A DNA stretch of 64,000 nt. Origin: Glaucostegus cemiculus (taxonomy: Eukaryota). Of the stretch, positions 24,053 to 36,790 are shown one piece after another. The notes under the pieces were generated by a model that saw nothing but the letters and a program-made list of their open reading frames with translations, did not search any database and was not told where the DNA came from. The stretch covers positions 18,290,001-18,354,000 of the forward strand of contig CDPCPM010000045.1 of assembly GCA_976551045.1 (NCBI GenBank). The letters are read 5' to 3'. Each line of letters begins with the position of its first letter. The stretch's first letter is position 1. The position numbers and the translations under genes are program-made.

Positions 24053-26924
24053 GTAAAAGTGTTAAAAGTATTTTCATTAAAAAAGCCTGTCATGTAGAAT
24101 GACTAACAAAACAGTCTCCACTTTGCACCTTGCATCGATATCATAGTCTACATTGCAATTCTTAGTACATACATAGTAATAGACTAAGAAGTGTACTGAA
24201 TAAAGGATTGTTAACATTCAATATTTGTTTTTATAAATATATAATAAGATGTTTAAAATAGATCTTCTTCTCATGGATAAGTGACCATTTGCTTTTACTC
24301 TTATTTAGCTATCAGTGAAAAACTTTGTCCAAAAAAACCCTGCTATAATCCTATCTATTTCATAATATATATAATGTTAACAATGAAAATGCATTATTAG
24401 TGATATATTTCAATTATATTTATTGATCAAATTTTGAATATGCAAATTTCACTGTAATGACTTTCATTTGCACATATAGTATAATCAGACATGATATACA
24501 TTCACTCTTAATACGGTTATTATCTTTACTATATATTTGGGCAATTAATTTCGGCAAAATGGTTTGTTCCCTCAGTTGTAGCAAACAGTTTGAATTTTAG
24601 AATGAGGCTGTTTTCTCATGAGGAAATAATAAATGCATCTTGAAATCCAGAAATAATAGCTAAATGAAAAGAATCCCCATTGGAAACTGAATTACATTGT
24701 TTTGCAAAGTAAAACTGTGTATTTTAAATCAGCTAACAAAGTTACATTTACTTTTATTTTAATTACAACATTATTACATTTGAATGTTGATACTGTATTG
24801 GGGCAAAATAAATATTTTAATTGGAACAATATGTGTTGTTACTAGTTTTCAATAGGCTGCATTTAAATACATTTTAATAAAATAAGATTTTAAAATCTGT
24901 ATTGTAAACTTATGCAGTGCAATTCAGGTTCATTGCAATCTACCAATATAACTATTCCCTCTTTCCAGAATATAAATTAACTGTAGTGAAATAATATCTT
25001 AATCTGACTGATAGTTCGTTATTGGAGGCATACCTGAGAATCATTATGGGTTGAAGGGTAAACTGTAGGTGATGGTGTTCCCAGATGCCAGGTATCTTTT
25101 GTGGTTGCAGAGAGTGCAGGTTTGGGAGGTGCATTCGGCATACTGAGACAATTTTGCATTTGTAAATGGTACACACTGAAGCTACCATAGTAAAGGGAGT
25201 AAATGCTTGGTGTGTTCAATGTGTGCCAATAAAGTTGGCTGCTTTGTTCTGGATGGTGTCAATCTGTTTGCGTGACACTGGAGTTGCACTCATCCTGGCA
25301 AGTGGAAGATATTCCATCTCAGTTATGACATGCCTTGTAGATAATAAAAGGGCTTTGGAGTGTCAATACGTGAGTCACCTGCTGCAGGACAACCTGTGCC
25401 TTCCCTGATAATGTGGGTGTCGTACTTGTGTAACTCATTCAGTAAGTTTCTGATCAATGGCAATCTCCAAGACATTGATTGTGGGAAAGTCGACAATGTT
25501 AATGATATTGAATACCAAGATTAGTTGGTTCAATGTTCTGTTTTTGAGCTATTGCCTAGCATATGTGTGACATGAATGTTACTTATGAGCCCAAACCTAA
25601 ATGCTGTGCATATCATTGAAGTTAATAGATTAGACTTTGGAAATGGAGTGCAATATATGATGACTGAAAAATTTCTAGTCATAGAGTATGACATAAACTA
25701 AAAAGGAAAAGCGTTCAGAATTTTAAAAATTGGCATAGATCCTGGTAATTGTGAAAGAAAGAATGATGAAAGGTGGTAAGTTTATTTCTACTCTTTTACA
25801 GGGAATATCAAGATTAACACAATTTTGTTTCACAAATGGATGAGGAAAAATGAGGAGGAAAAATATATTAATCATATATAATATTGATTGATATTATAAA
25901 TGAAAATAGCAGTCACCTTAATTATTTTGAGCCGTCATTTAAAGTAGAGTAAGTTAACTTGCCAGATACTCCACAGAAACAAATATTCATAGTAGGGACT
26001 AACCAATATTTAGGTAATCAAAACAATAGTAATGAAGAAATTAATGGCATTGTAGTGTGACAAATTCCCAGGGCCAGATGGTTTCCATCATGCTTTTTAA
26101 AGGAAGTGCACCCAAACTATAATTTTCAAAACTCTTTTGATTCGTGAGCTGTTCCTTCTGGATGAGAAGATTTATGCATACCATTCAGCAATGTAAGAAA
26201 GGTGAGAGGAAAAAAAACCCAAAGGAATTGCAGGCCAGTTAGTCTAACATCTGTTGTTGGAAAAATACTTGCATCTGCAAATTAGAGTAACCTTGAAATT
26301 TTTCAGTTGATCAGTAAGAGCCATCACAGATTTGTGTAGATCTTGGCTGACAAATCTGGTTGAACTTTTGAAAAGATCAAGCGAAGTCATGGACAGAAAA
26401 TGTCCATGGATGTCATTCACATGGATTTCCAGAATGTATTTGATAACATCCCTCCTATTACCTGAAGATGAAACTCATGATTTTGAGAAAAATGATTGAG
26501 TTAGTTAGGAAACTGACTGAACATCAGTATTGATGGGAATAATAGGCATGCACTATAATTAATAATATGGCATTAGGGATATCCTATTTATTCACTTCTC
26601 AAATATTCACTATATTTGTCATTGATTTGGCTGTGACTCCTAGTCCATCAAAGTTTATTGATGACAAAGGTAGGTGTCAAGTTAAGCATTGCAGATGGAG
26701 ACACAAATTCACCAAGAAATTTATAGATTAAGGAAACGGGTAAAAATATGAAAAACTAGTTTTTAATGTAGGTGAATTATAAGTCCAAAGTACTTGACCT
26801 CAGAAGAATAGAACAGAGCAGGTTTTAAATGGTAACAGGTTAAAAAACAGTTGAGATTCAAAGAAACTTAATTGATCCATATTCATGGCTTATAAAATGC
26901 TATAAAGACATATAGAAAGAACAT

Positions 26925-28040
26925 TGGTGAATTAGATTATTATTGTCAAATACATCAAGGTACAGTGAAAAACTTGGATTTGTATCCCATCCATACAGAT
27001 CATTTCATTACATCGGTACATTGAGATAGTACAAGTGAAAACAATAACAGAATGCAGAATAAAGTATTACAGTTACAGAGAAAGTGAAGTGCAAGCAGAC
27101 AATAAGGAGCAAGACCATAACAAGGTAGATTGTGAGGTCAAGAGTCCATCTGATCATACTAGGGGACTGTTCAATGATATTATAACAGTGGGATAAAAGC
27201 TGACCTTGAGCCTGGTGGTACATGCTTCCGATAGGTGATGGTAGAAGAGAGAATGTCCCGGGTGGGTGAGGTGTTTGATTATGTTGGCTGCTTTTCTGAG
27301 GTAGCGAGAAGTGTAGACAGAATCCATGGAGGCTAGACTGGTTTCTGTGATGTGCTGAGCTGTGTCTACAACTCTCTGCAGTTTCTTGCCATCTTGGCAG
27401 AGCAGTTGCCATACCAAGCCATGATAGAATGCTTTATACGGTGTGTCGGTAGGGGACATGCCAAATTTCTTTAGCCTGCCAAGGAAGTAGAAGCGCTGGT
27501 ACACTTCCTTGGCCATGGCATCTACGTGGTTTGACTAGGCTGTTGGTGATATTCATTCCTTGGAACTTGAAGTTCTCAACCCTCTCAACCTCAACATCAT
27601 TGATGTAAACAGAAGCATGTGCACTGCCCCCCTTCCTGAAGACAATGACCAGCTCTTTTGTTTTGCTGACATTGAGGCTGTTGTCATGACACCCTGCCAC
27701 TAGGCTCTCAATCTCCTCCCTGTACTGCGATTCATCATTATTTGAGATTTGGCCCACTGTGGTGGTGTCATCTGTAAACTTGTAGATGGAGCTAGAGCAG
27801 AATTTGGCCATGCAATCATGAGTATATAGGGAGTAATGTGGGGGGCTGAGGACGCAGTCTGTGGGGCACCAGTGTGGAGGATAATCATGGTGGAGGTGTT
27901 GCTGCCTTTTCTTACTGATTGCAGTGTGTTGGTCAGGAAGTCAAAGATCGAGTTGCAAAGGGAGGTGTTGAGTCCCAGGTCTTGGAGTTTGGAGATGAGT
28001 GTTTGGAATTATAGTATTGAAGGTAGAGTTGTTGTCAATA
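26925..28040 (-). mobile_element. Rex1/Babar-like LINE, 5'-truncated and frameshifted
   Basis: TGAPQ, KFTDDTT.VG.ISNNDES.YREE, LNVSKTKELV..FR, QR.YFL.RLKK. Confidence 0.9.
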
Positions 28041-28237
28041 TATTTAGAAAAAGGCAAATTGAATGTCGTCTTTGTCTATCGGACAGCAATATAAGGAGGT
28101 AGCTATTATGTTGCAGTTATTTAAAAAGTGCTGTTTAGACTACATCTGGGCACCACATCTTCTGTAGCATATATTGATCTTGATGGCAGTGGCAGAAAGA
28201 CACTTGGACTCTAAAAGGTTAAATTGTAAGGAGCGAG

Positions 28238-28469
28238 TTTTTTTTATTTACAGCGTGGTAACAGGCCCTTTCGGCCCTCCGAGTCCATGCCACCCATTTT
28301 AAACCCCCAAATTAACCTACCCATACGTCTTTCAGAATGTGGGAGGAAACCAGAGCACCCGGAGACACGGGAGAACGTACAAACTCCTTACAGACAGCAA
28401 CGGGAATCGAACCCGGATTGCTGGCGCTGTAATGGCGTCGCGCTAACTGCTACGCTATTGTGCCGCCCC
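28238..28469 (-). mobile_element. Young V-domain SINE (HE1-like) with CR1-type tail
   Basis: Near-match to the reverse complement of 51855-52090; CpGs are retained. Confidence 0.9.
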
Positions 28470-28999
28470 AGTACATAACTAAAGTGAATGTTCCCTAGAA
28501 TTTAGAAGGATAAGTTATTATTTAATTGAGGTTTCAAAGATATCAGGATAGAAATTAATCTTTGGTCATCTGAGTTAAGCACAGTGGTGTCCACACTTTG
28601 TAGTTTTGAGATTTGGCTCCATTGCAGTCAATGGAGCTTGCATTTCAGGTATTTGGAACTTGATGTCAAAAACAAACCTTGATTACAATGAGGGAACATG
28701 ATAGAGAAAAATCCCAAGAAATGGTTTAAATGGCATTAAAATAGCAATGTATTGTCATCCAAAAGCTGTTTTTAAAAGTTCCATACATAGCTCTGTTTTC
28801 TAATAAGAGATTCTAGGAGAGAATTATTAGACTTGTTTGTGTAACACCACTCTGTTTAATTTTCAGTGTGTGTTTTGATATGTTGTAGGTTTGAGCTGCT
28901 GCCTGTTTTTGAAGGGACAAACCACAATTCAAGCAGCACTCTTCCACTGCTGTGGAGTGCGGCTATTTAAAGAATGGGTGCTGCAGTTATCGGTGTGGT

Positions 29000-29750
29000 T
29001 GTGGGAGGGTGGAGTGGGGGGAAGGTGTTTGTGCTGGCAGAATACTCCCAGGGGAGGAGAGGGGGCAGAGGGTTCTGGACTGGCAGGTGAAGAACAGTAT
29101 CTGTGGGAGGCAAAAAGGCACTAGGAGGCCTCCAGTGGTAGACTCAGAAGATTCCTAGAGAGGTCCCTGGAAGAAGTAATATTGTAATGAATCGATGGAT
29201 ACCTGTAATATGCAGAAGACTACAGTGTAAGCAAGTCTCTATGTCCACTATTCCAGCTCCTGGTGAAAGAAATTTAGATGAAAAACTAAATGAAGTCTCA
29301 TCTCCTTCATTATGGAATTTTGGTAACCTCTCCAATACAGCAGTTAGTCCTAAATTGTGAGATCAGTGGTACCCTGGAATGATCTTGAAGATTGGACACT
29401 GTGACTGACCTCCATCTTGATGAATGAAACAGTCCAGCCAGAAGTATGGGGCTGTATTTGAGTTCCCTGGATATCAGAGTGCACAGAGAGGAATAAAGAA
29501 TGAAGTCTGTGGGCCTTTTAAGTATAATGGTTGCTAGGGGAAATGGAGTTAATGAAAGCTGGTTGTTCTGTGAGAACTGTTGTCCCTTTTAGCAGACCTG
29601 TGAAAATCATGCTGGAGAAGAATTTTAGTCATTGTATTTTTGTTTATGTCATTTGGAGGAGTTTTATGTCAAACCAAATGCTAGATCAATTGAAAATCCA
29701 GCCAATAAGTCATTGAATCTTTCACTGTGTGCTAAGACACCCAGAAATGT
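29000..29750 (+). mobile_element. PIF/Harbinger transposase relic
   Basis: Ordered remnants QLLVKEI, VT.LQY, FPG, WLLGE and RP....EKNFSH resemble HARBI1-type motifs; heavily disrupted. Confidence 0.4.
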
Positions 29751-30134
29751 GCATGGTAATGCTGTACCCTACTTAAGCTGATTTTCAACTGCACAGCTTT
29801 TTTTTGTCTTGAGCTGTGCAAAGCACTTACTCTTCTGATAGGTGGGTATGTTTACAACTGAGAACATGAAGCAGGTCTTACAAGTGTGAAGCTAAGAGCT
29901 TCATAGTTTTTACCATTTCTCCATATAATTGTTTTTTACATGATTTGGGGTATTCATTTCCATTATGCTACTAGAAAATCTGTGTGGTGGGGCTACCAGG
30001 ACTCAGCCTGGTAGTTGGAGTTGCTGCCAGTATTCCTCTGGTGTGATGATGAGTGGCTATGTTATTGATCCTCTGCACATGGTCATTACAATTACAGGCT
30101 TTGGCAGGAGATGTAGCTGGGGATAGAGTAACAA

Positions 30135-30940
30135 CAGACAAAATACTGGAGGACTGCATCTGTGGAGGGAAATGGGCGGTTGTCATTTTGAGTTGAGATC
30201 CTTCATCTGGAATATAAGATAGAAGGAAGATAGCCAGTATAAAGAGGTGAGGGGAAGGGATGGAGCAAAAGCTAGTAGGTGATAGATGGATCCAGGTGAG
30301 GAGAGGTGATAGGCAGGTGGGGGAGGGAAGAGTGGAAATAGTAACAGAGGCTGGGAGGTGATAGATGGAGGCAAGAAAGGGCTGCAGATCAAGGAATCAA
30401 GTAAACTGCTCCCCTTCTGTCCCTTTCTCTCCCCTAATCTACCCAATTCCTCCCACACCCAACCTAACCCCCCACCTCATCACCCAGTTCCTTTCCTCTC
30501 TTCCAATCACTCCATCTGCCCATTACCAAAACTTTCTTCTACTAGGTCCCCACCCTCTACCATTCCCATCTGCCCTCCCCACCTCCCTCATTTGATTCTA
30601 TGCTCCACCTTCCTTTCCTATCAGATGCCATAATCTGCAGCCCTTTGTTGCCTCTACCTATCATTTCCCAGCCTTTGTCAGTATTTCTACTCTTCCCTCC
30701 TCCATTTCCCTATCACCCCTCCTCACCTGAATCTACCTATCACTTGCCAGGTCCTTGCTCCACCCCTTCCCCTCACGTCTTCATATTGGTTATTTCCCTT
30801 TTATATCTCAGTCCAGATGAAGGGTCTTGACTCAAAATGCCAACTGTCCATTTCCTTTCACAGAATCAGCCTGACCTGCTGAGTTCCTACAGCATTTTGA
30901 TAGTTGCTCCAGATTTCAGCATCTGCAGTCTCTTGTGATT
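30135..30940. mobile_element. Two Penelope terminal (pLTR-like) copies in inverted orientation
   Basis: 30156-30389 is an imperfect reverse complement of 30633-30865. Confidence 0.8.
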
Positions 30941-31008
30941 TCTGGGGAAAGGGTGTGTCTTCTGTCAAAGTCTGTTTGCAACTATTTTTAAATATCTCAG
31001 ACTAAAGT

Positions 31009-31417
31009 TGTCACAATGTTGATTGAAGAGCAAACTCACAGAGAACCCAAATGTGGCACACTGGTACAAGGCTGGAGTCAGGATACTTCCTCAGGACCAA
31101 ACACAGGCAGCAATCAGAAGGAAATCTTGCCTCAGAGATCTGAGTAGTAATCCCAACACAAACTGAATCTTCAAGCAGGAATAGAGAACACAGGACTGCT
31201 CTAGAGTAGACCACTCTAAGCAGCTAGGAGCCAAAGTATACCCAAAGGTTGACCAATACTCTGGCAACTAGTGCTAGCGAAACTCAAGTAGTTATGCTAG
31301 GCCCCTGATGGGGCTCAGGTGTGTGTCATTGTGCAATCAGTCCAGCATGGAATTCATGTGCTGTACAACGAGGCATCTAAGGAACCAAATCAAGGGCCAC
31401 TACTCAGAATCATGACA
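31009..31417. mobile_element. Solo LTR (Gypsy-like), 409 bp, 5-bp TSD AAAGT
   Basis: AAAGT|TGTCACAAT...ATCATGACA|AAAGT shows TG..CA ends, short terminal inverted repeats and a perfect TSD. Confidence 0.85.
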
Positions 31418-33039
31418 AAAGTTGTTGCAAATATTGAAAAAATGATTTTTCAAAACATATAAAAGCACATTAGAATGCTTGGAAATAATTATTAAAAAAA
31501 TCAAGTAAAATACATTGAAAAAGCTTACCCATATCCTTTGTCTCTGAATCCACAAGCCAAGAGTCCCTACTGAAGCCAGTGGGATATCAGTTCAACGCCA
31601 GGTCTGACCTGGCAAAGGACTGGAGAGGCATTTTTCCCAACATAATGCTGTGAAATGCCAGCAAGATTGGGCTTTGCAGCTGGAATCCCTATAATGAGCA
31701 AAGCAATGGATGCAACAGCATCTTTCACTCAGTACGTACTGCACTGCATTAATATAGGTCTAGTTTCCATTACAAAGGCTGAATGCTAGCCATTCATGAG
31801 ACATATGAATGAAACCTGAATTCTAAGGCCCTATATAATTGTAATAAGTCATCTTTACTTTGGTACTCAAATCCTCTTGTAGTAAAGGTCAGCATACCAA
31901 TTACCTGCTTAATTCTCTACCGCATTTACATGTTAGCTTTCATTAGAGCATAACAGAAGTAGGAACACTTGTAGGTAGTTCAGCCCCACCGTGAGTTATG
32001 TACAAGGGCATTCAGGTCTCTTTGAATGTTGACAAGATCTCACCATGTAAGAAATTCTTAAGTGTTTCTGTTTATTTTTCTATATAACCTCATTTTCCAC
32101 ATCCTACATGCCATTGCTCGCTCACAGCTTGTCTATATTCCTGTGAGGACTCTATGCATCCCCTCCCCCCAATCTGGTTCCACCTACCACCTACCAGCTT
32201 CTGTCTCATCCCTCCCTCTCATTTCTACACACTGGCTATCTTTCCTTTACACTCTTAGTCCTGATGCAGGGTCTTGAAACATTGACCATCCCTTTGCCTC
32301 CACAGATGTTGCTTAACCTGCTGAGTTCTTCCAGCAGTTTGTTTTTCATTCCAGCTCAGCATCTGCAATCTCATGTGTTTCCATTCAGAATGCAATAGTT
32401 TGTAAATCTAGGAATAGCACCTCATAATTCCATAGACTCAATAGTGCATTACGTACTTAAGAGGTGTGAAACTGCAACCTTGAACATGCGCAGAACAATT
32501 GCTGCTCACACCATCAGGTTCAATCTAAACTTTTTTTTAATACAGGGTCTCAGTAATGAACGGCCAAGGGTACTAAAAGTTCTCTTTAAAATATAACTGC
32601 TTCAAACCCAAGAAACAATTTGATGTCTCCTTCTTTTAGATCTTAAATTCAACCCACCCTCATTAAAGGATAGAGGAAGCACTAAAAATAAGATCAACAT
32701 TTAACAAGGTGATGGTGGGAGAGGAGCCACCATAAATTCTGATAGGAGAGCAAAGTAACTTTATTTTTATAACTAGAAAAAGAGGGAACAGATAATTTGG
32801 GAATGGAAGAAACAATAACTACTTGACTAGGAAATAATTTTTAAAGTTGGTTTACGGTGATAAAAGGCTGTCGTAAGGAGGGATCATGCAGTGAACAGAT
32901 TAGTGGATAATTGTGAGATGTAGCATCAGCATGAAGGACAGAATTAGCTACCTTTATCTGATATGTTATCTAGTGGAGGAAATTACATTCTATATTGTGA
33001 CAAAAATTGTTTACATACAGAATTAACAAAATAATGCTA

Positions 33040-33990
33040 GGTTCAATTCTCAATCCCATTCTAATCTGTCTGTGGCCTCTGGCACTTGTTATGAGGCTTG
33101 AGCAAAAACACCTCAGCTTCTGACAGCACTCATTGCATCATTCCAGACTCTATATTGAATTGTCCGACTGCAGGTAAATTGCTTTATCTGTCTATGAGAA
33201 TTGGTCATTTCTGCTGTTGATCATCTATCTATGATATTGACTCAGTTATTCTCTCTGCATTAATACAACCTGATCTACAAGGCATGTCCCACAACCCTGC
33301 TATTAGCAATGCATAACAAAGACAAAGAAACATACATGTCCTCTCCAGGTGATGAACACCCGAATTATGGACACCCCATACATATGAATGAGTGTTTGGG
33401 AGACTGGCAGTATAGATAGGGATTGATTTGCCAGCTGCCATGCGGCTGCAGGGATCTTCTGCCGGGTAGCAACGGGACATTTCCATCTGCTTTCTCTTCC
33501 CACCACCCTCCTCGAGCAGCAACAGTTGGGTGCTGGGTCAGGCTGAGCAGAGCTGAGAGCACTGTACAGACTCCCTTGCTCACTCACTGAGTCAGTGAAG
33601 CCAGCTGGCGGCTGCACTTTCTGCCCCTGCTCACTCTTCCATCACAGCTGTTTCTGTGACTATCTCCCACATAATGTTTTTCTTAATTTCCAATTTACGA
33701 ACAGTTCAGGTTAAGAATAGTTCTCAGGAATGGAACCCTGTCATAACTGGGGACTTCCTATAATCACCATCTATCTACTTCAAATAACCCATTTGACCTA
33801 GCCTTACAGTATCACAGATATTCCCTTTGTCCTACCTATATTTCCCTTCACCTTCTCTGCTAACTTGTTTTTCCCTTTCCCAGTTCTGATGAAGGGCCTT
33901 TGGCCTAAAATATTTAACTCTGTTTCTCTTTCCATGGATGCTGCATTACCTGCTAAGTACTTACAACATTTTCTGATCTTGTTACAAATT
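33040..33990 (+). mobile_element. Decayed Penelope 3' end, interrupted by a MITE
   Basis: FNSQSHSNLSV...LEQKHL...L.IELS..R* C-terminus; the terminus with ctgatgaaggg lies at ~33886. Confidence 0.55.
33335..33760. mobile_element. pogo/Tigger-type MITE, TA-flanked
   Basis: TA|catgtcctctccaggtgatgaac ... cataactggggacttccta|TA form imperfect TIRs related to the terminus at 12160-12181. Confidence 0.5.
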
Positions 33991-33998
33991 TATAAATG

Positions 33999-34092
33999 CT
34001 CTCTCTCACTCACTCTCCCTCTCTCTTCCCCTCTCTCTTCCCCTCCACCCCCATCTCCGTGTCTCTCTCTCTCTCTCCTCTCTCTCTCTCTT
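33999..34092. repeat. (CT)n-rich pyrimidine tract
   Basis: Seen directly in the sequence. Confidence 0.9.
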
Positions 34093-34214
34093 TCCACTCC
34101 ATAGATATAAACCATCACTGCGCAATTAAATACTTTTTTTTTCAGGAGTGTTGAGATTTCCTTATTTTGATTCAGATCTTCATTTTTTTGCTTTACATCA
34201 CTGGCCTCCAAGAC

Positions 34215-34580
34215 TAAATGAGATTTTATTCCAGATCTGAGTACAAATCTATATTTGATTTTGGCTGATGTTTCAGTGTTGAGGGTCAATTGCTTTAAGA
34301 CATGATGTCCTTTTGATTGGATATTAAACTGCAACATTCTCTCTCCCCTCAGATGGACAAAAAAGATCACCTGAAACTTTTTGAATAACAATTTAAGAGT
34401 TGCTTCATCACCCAGACCAATATTCTTTACTCGATCAATAGTGCCAAATAAACAGATTAATGGGTCACTTCACTATTTTCAGATCTTAGTATTTGCAGAC
34501 TGGCTATTGCATTTGCCTACAAAACTGACTATAGTTCAAAAGCAATTTATTGGCAGCAAATACTATGGAATGTCCTGTAA
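34215..34580 (+). mobile_element. Deu-domain SINE (SacSINE1/AmnSINE1-like), old near-complete body
   Basis: ccagatctgagtacaaatct...ttgaggg...ttaaac...ctcagatggac..aaaagatc...ccaatatt...aaacagatta...ttattggc follows the remembered Deu-SINE consensus order. Fragments also occur at ~37600, 41920 and 48175. Confidence 0.6.
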
Positions 34581-35589
34581 TCAATATGCTACCACTTTAG
34601 TTTTCACATACCAGTAGCAATGGAATTTGGAGGACTATTTTGAAATATGTTTTTGATACTGGTGACAGGGATTTAGATAAAGCTGAAACTTGGCATTACC
34701 ATCACACAGAGCCTAATAATTTGCATTTTGTAGTTACTGATGAAACCAGAATATCTTAACTTGAATTGCATTTTACTTCATCCAAAAGAACTTCATTGCC
34801 AGTGAATTACAGAAACCCACATTCCATTTCACTCATGCAAAATGTCACTCATCTAGTATCACCAACAACATTCAGTGCACATCTGTTATTTATCAATGCA
34901 GAAAGTATTATGTGATGCTTGTTAAATGAACCTATACAAATTAAAGTTGTCTCTTTAGAATCTGCCTGTCTGCAGGACTTTTAGTCTTGACATGAGTCTG
35001 TGTTGAGGTAGTTGTAATCCTTGTATGGGCCACAAACAAGGGATAATCACTTTGGGGAGATAATTGTGGAACCAGGTGTATACCTCAGTCCCAGCATGAA
35101 TCAACACCTTCAACATTAAGGAGAAAAAGGTTTATTGGCGAAAAAAAAAAGTTGGCATAATTTCTTAAAATAATTTCTACTGGACTACTGGAAAAATTTG
35201 AAGCTGAGATGTCGTCGGCCCAGTAACCTCTTTTTTGGAAAAAAAACCTAACTCCTTTAAAAGTGTTTATTCAGTTTTAATATTACTACATGTAGTTCTC
35301 TGCATTGTCTCAGTAGCAGTTGAAGAAACTGTTGCTCAGTTAAAGGACAATAAGTTATTGATTTTGCTTTTTTAAAATTTAACATACTGGGTTGAATTAG
35401 ATTATATTTGTATTAAAGCTAATTATAGATTTCTACTACTTTCTAATTGGACATCTTGTTCCATTAGTAGGAGATGAAAACTCGCTTATTGTGTGCTCAG
35501 GTGCCTGGATTATAGACCAGAATTAATTAAAATATTTCATTATGGTTTGCTTAAATTTAGAATGGGTACGTTTGTATATCCCGCTAAGG

Positions 35590-36790
35590 TATAGGAGCAG
35601 AAACAGGAATAGGCCAAATGACCCCAGGTGCCCACTCCACCACTCAACAAGATTATGATTGATCTATTCTTAGCCTCAATGCCACTTTCCACTTGCCTCC
35701 TCATACCCCTTAACTTCCTTATAGATCAAATATCTGTCGATCTCCTTCTTGAATATATTATTGACTCTGCTTTCACACTTCTTTTGGGTACAGAATTCCA
35801 AGGAGTTTTGACACTCTGAACAAAGAAATTTGTGGATGACCCCTTATTCTGAAACTGTGCACCGGAATTTTAGATGCCCTAAATGGGGGAATCCCTACTA
35901 GCAGCAACTTTTCCAGACTTCACCTGGTCAATTCTACTCAGAATATGATATATTTTAATAAGGCCATCTCTTATCCTTCCAAACAGCCTCTATATAGGCA
36001 CAATCTGCTCAACCTCTCTCTATACCTTAACCCTTTCATTCCAGAAATCAACATAATTAAACCATCTCTGCATGTACAAGTACATCCTTCCTAAATATGG
36101 AGACAAAACCTACATGTAGTACTATATGTGTGGTCTCACAAGGAGCACGTGAAACTGCATTAAAGCTTACCTACTTTTATATTCCATAGCCCTTGCAATC
36201 CAACATTCCTAATTACATACTTTATCTGCAGGTCCAGGCTTTCTGTTTCATGCACAAGAACCCCCAGATCTCTTTGTACCACAACATCTTGTAGTCTTAC
36301 TCAAATAATGCTAGGTTACTATTCAGTGACCTTTGCTGCAAATGTATTTATTGGCTGAAGAAATGAAAGGGTTAATACAGATAAAAGGGGGAATGCAGGG
36401 AATTATAGACTAGTTAGCTTAACATCTGTTGTCATGAAACTAGTAGAGTCCATAATTATAAATTTTCAACTGATGGAGCCAGTGCTGATTTATAAAGAGG
36501 AATTCATGCATGATGAAGAGTTGGCTGAAGGAGTAGACAGGAATGTCAGTGGATAGTATTAATATGGACTTTCAACGGGAAAGTCCCTCATGAATGATTA
36601 TTTGTGAAGTTAAAACTCATGGAGTTGAAGGTGAATTATGAACCTGACTAGAGATTGAATCAATGGCAAGAGACAGTGGAGTTTAGGAGCACATCTTCAA
36701 ATTGGCAAGATGTAACTGCTGAATTTGAATTGGAGTCACAATTATTTATTGTATTTATAAATAATTTATTTTATAATAGAGTAAGTTACC
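35590..36790. mobile_element. CR1 fragments (- strand 3' end, then + strand RT piece)
   Basis: Tail ataggagcag...ggcc; GNYRLVSLTSVV.KL motif at ~36400. Confidence 0.6.

Larger units (their letters stand above)
25950..28550 (+). mobile_element. Decayed CR1 RT region hosting nested Rex1-like and SINE insertions
   Basis: PGPDG.H, RPVSLTSVVGK and MDFQ..FD motifs; the sequence resumes after 28040 and after 28470. Confidence 0.65.

Noticed and set aside
33990-34391. 133-aa ORF with ER-rich tail
   Set aside because: It is read through an old SINE and a (CT)n tract.
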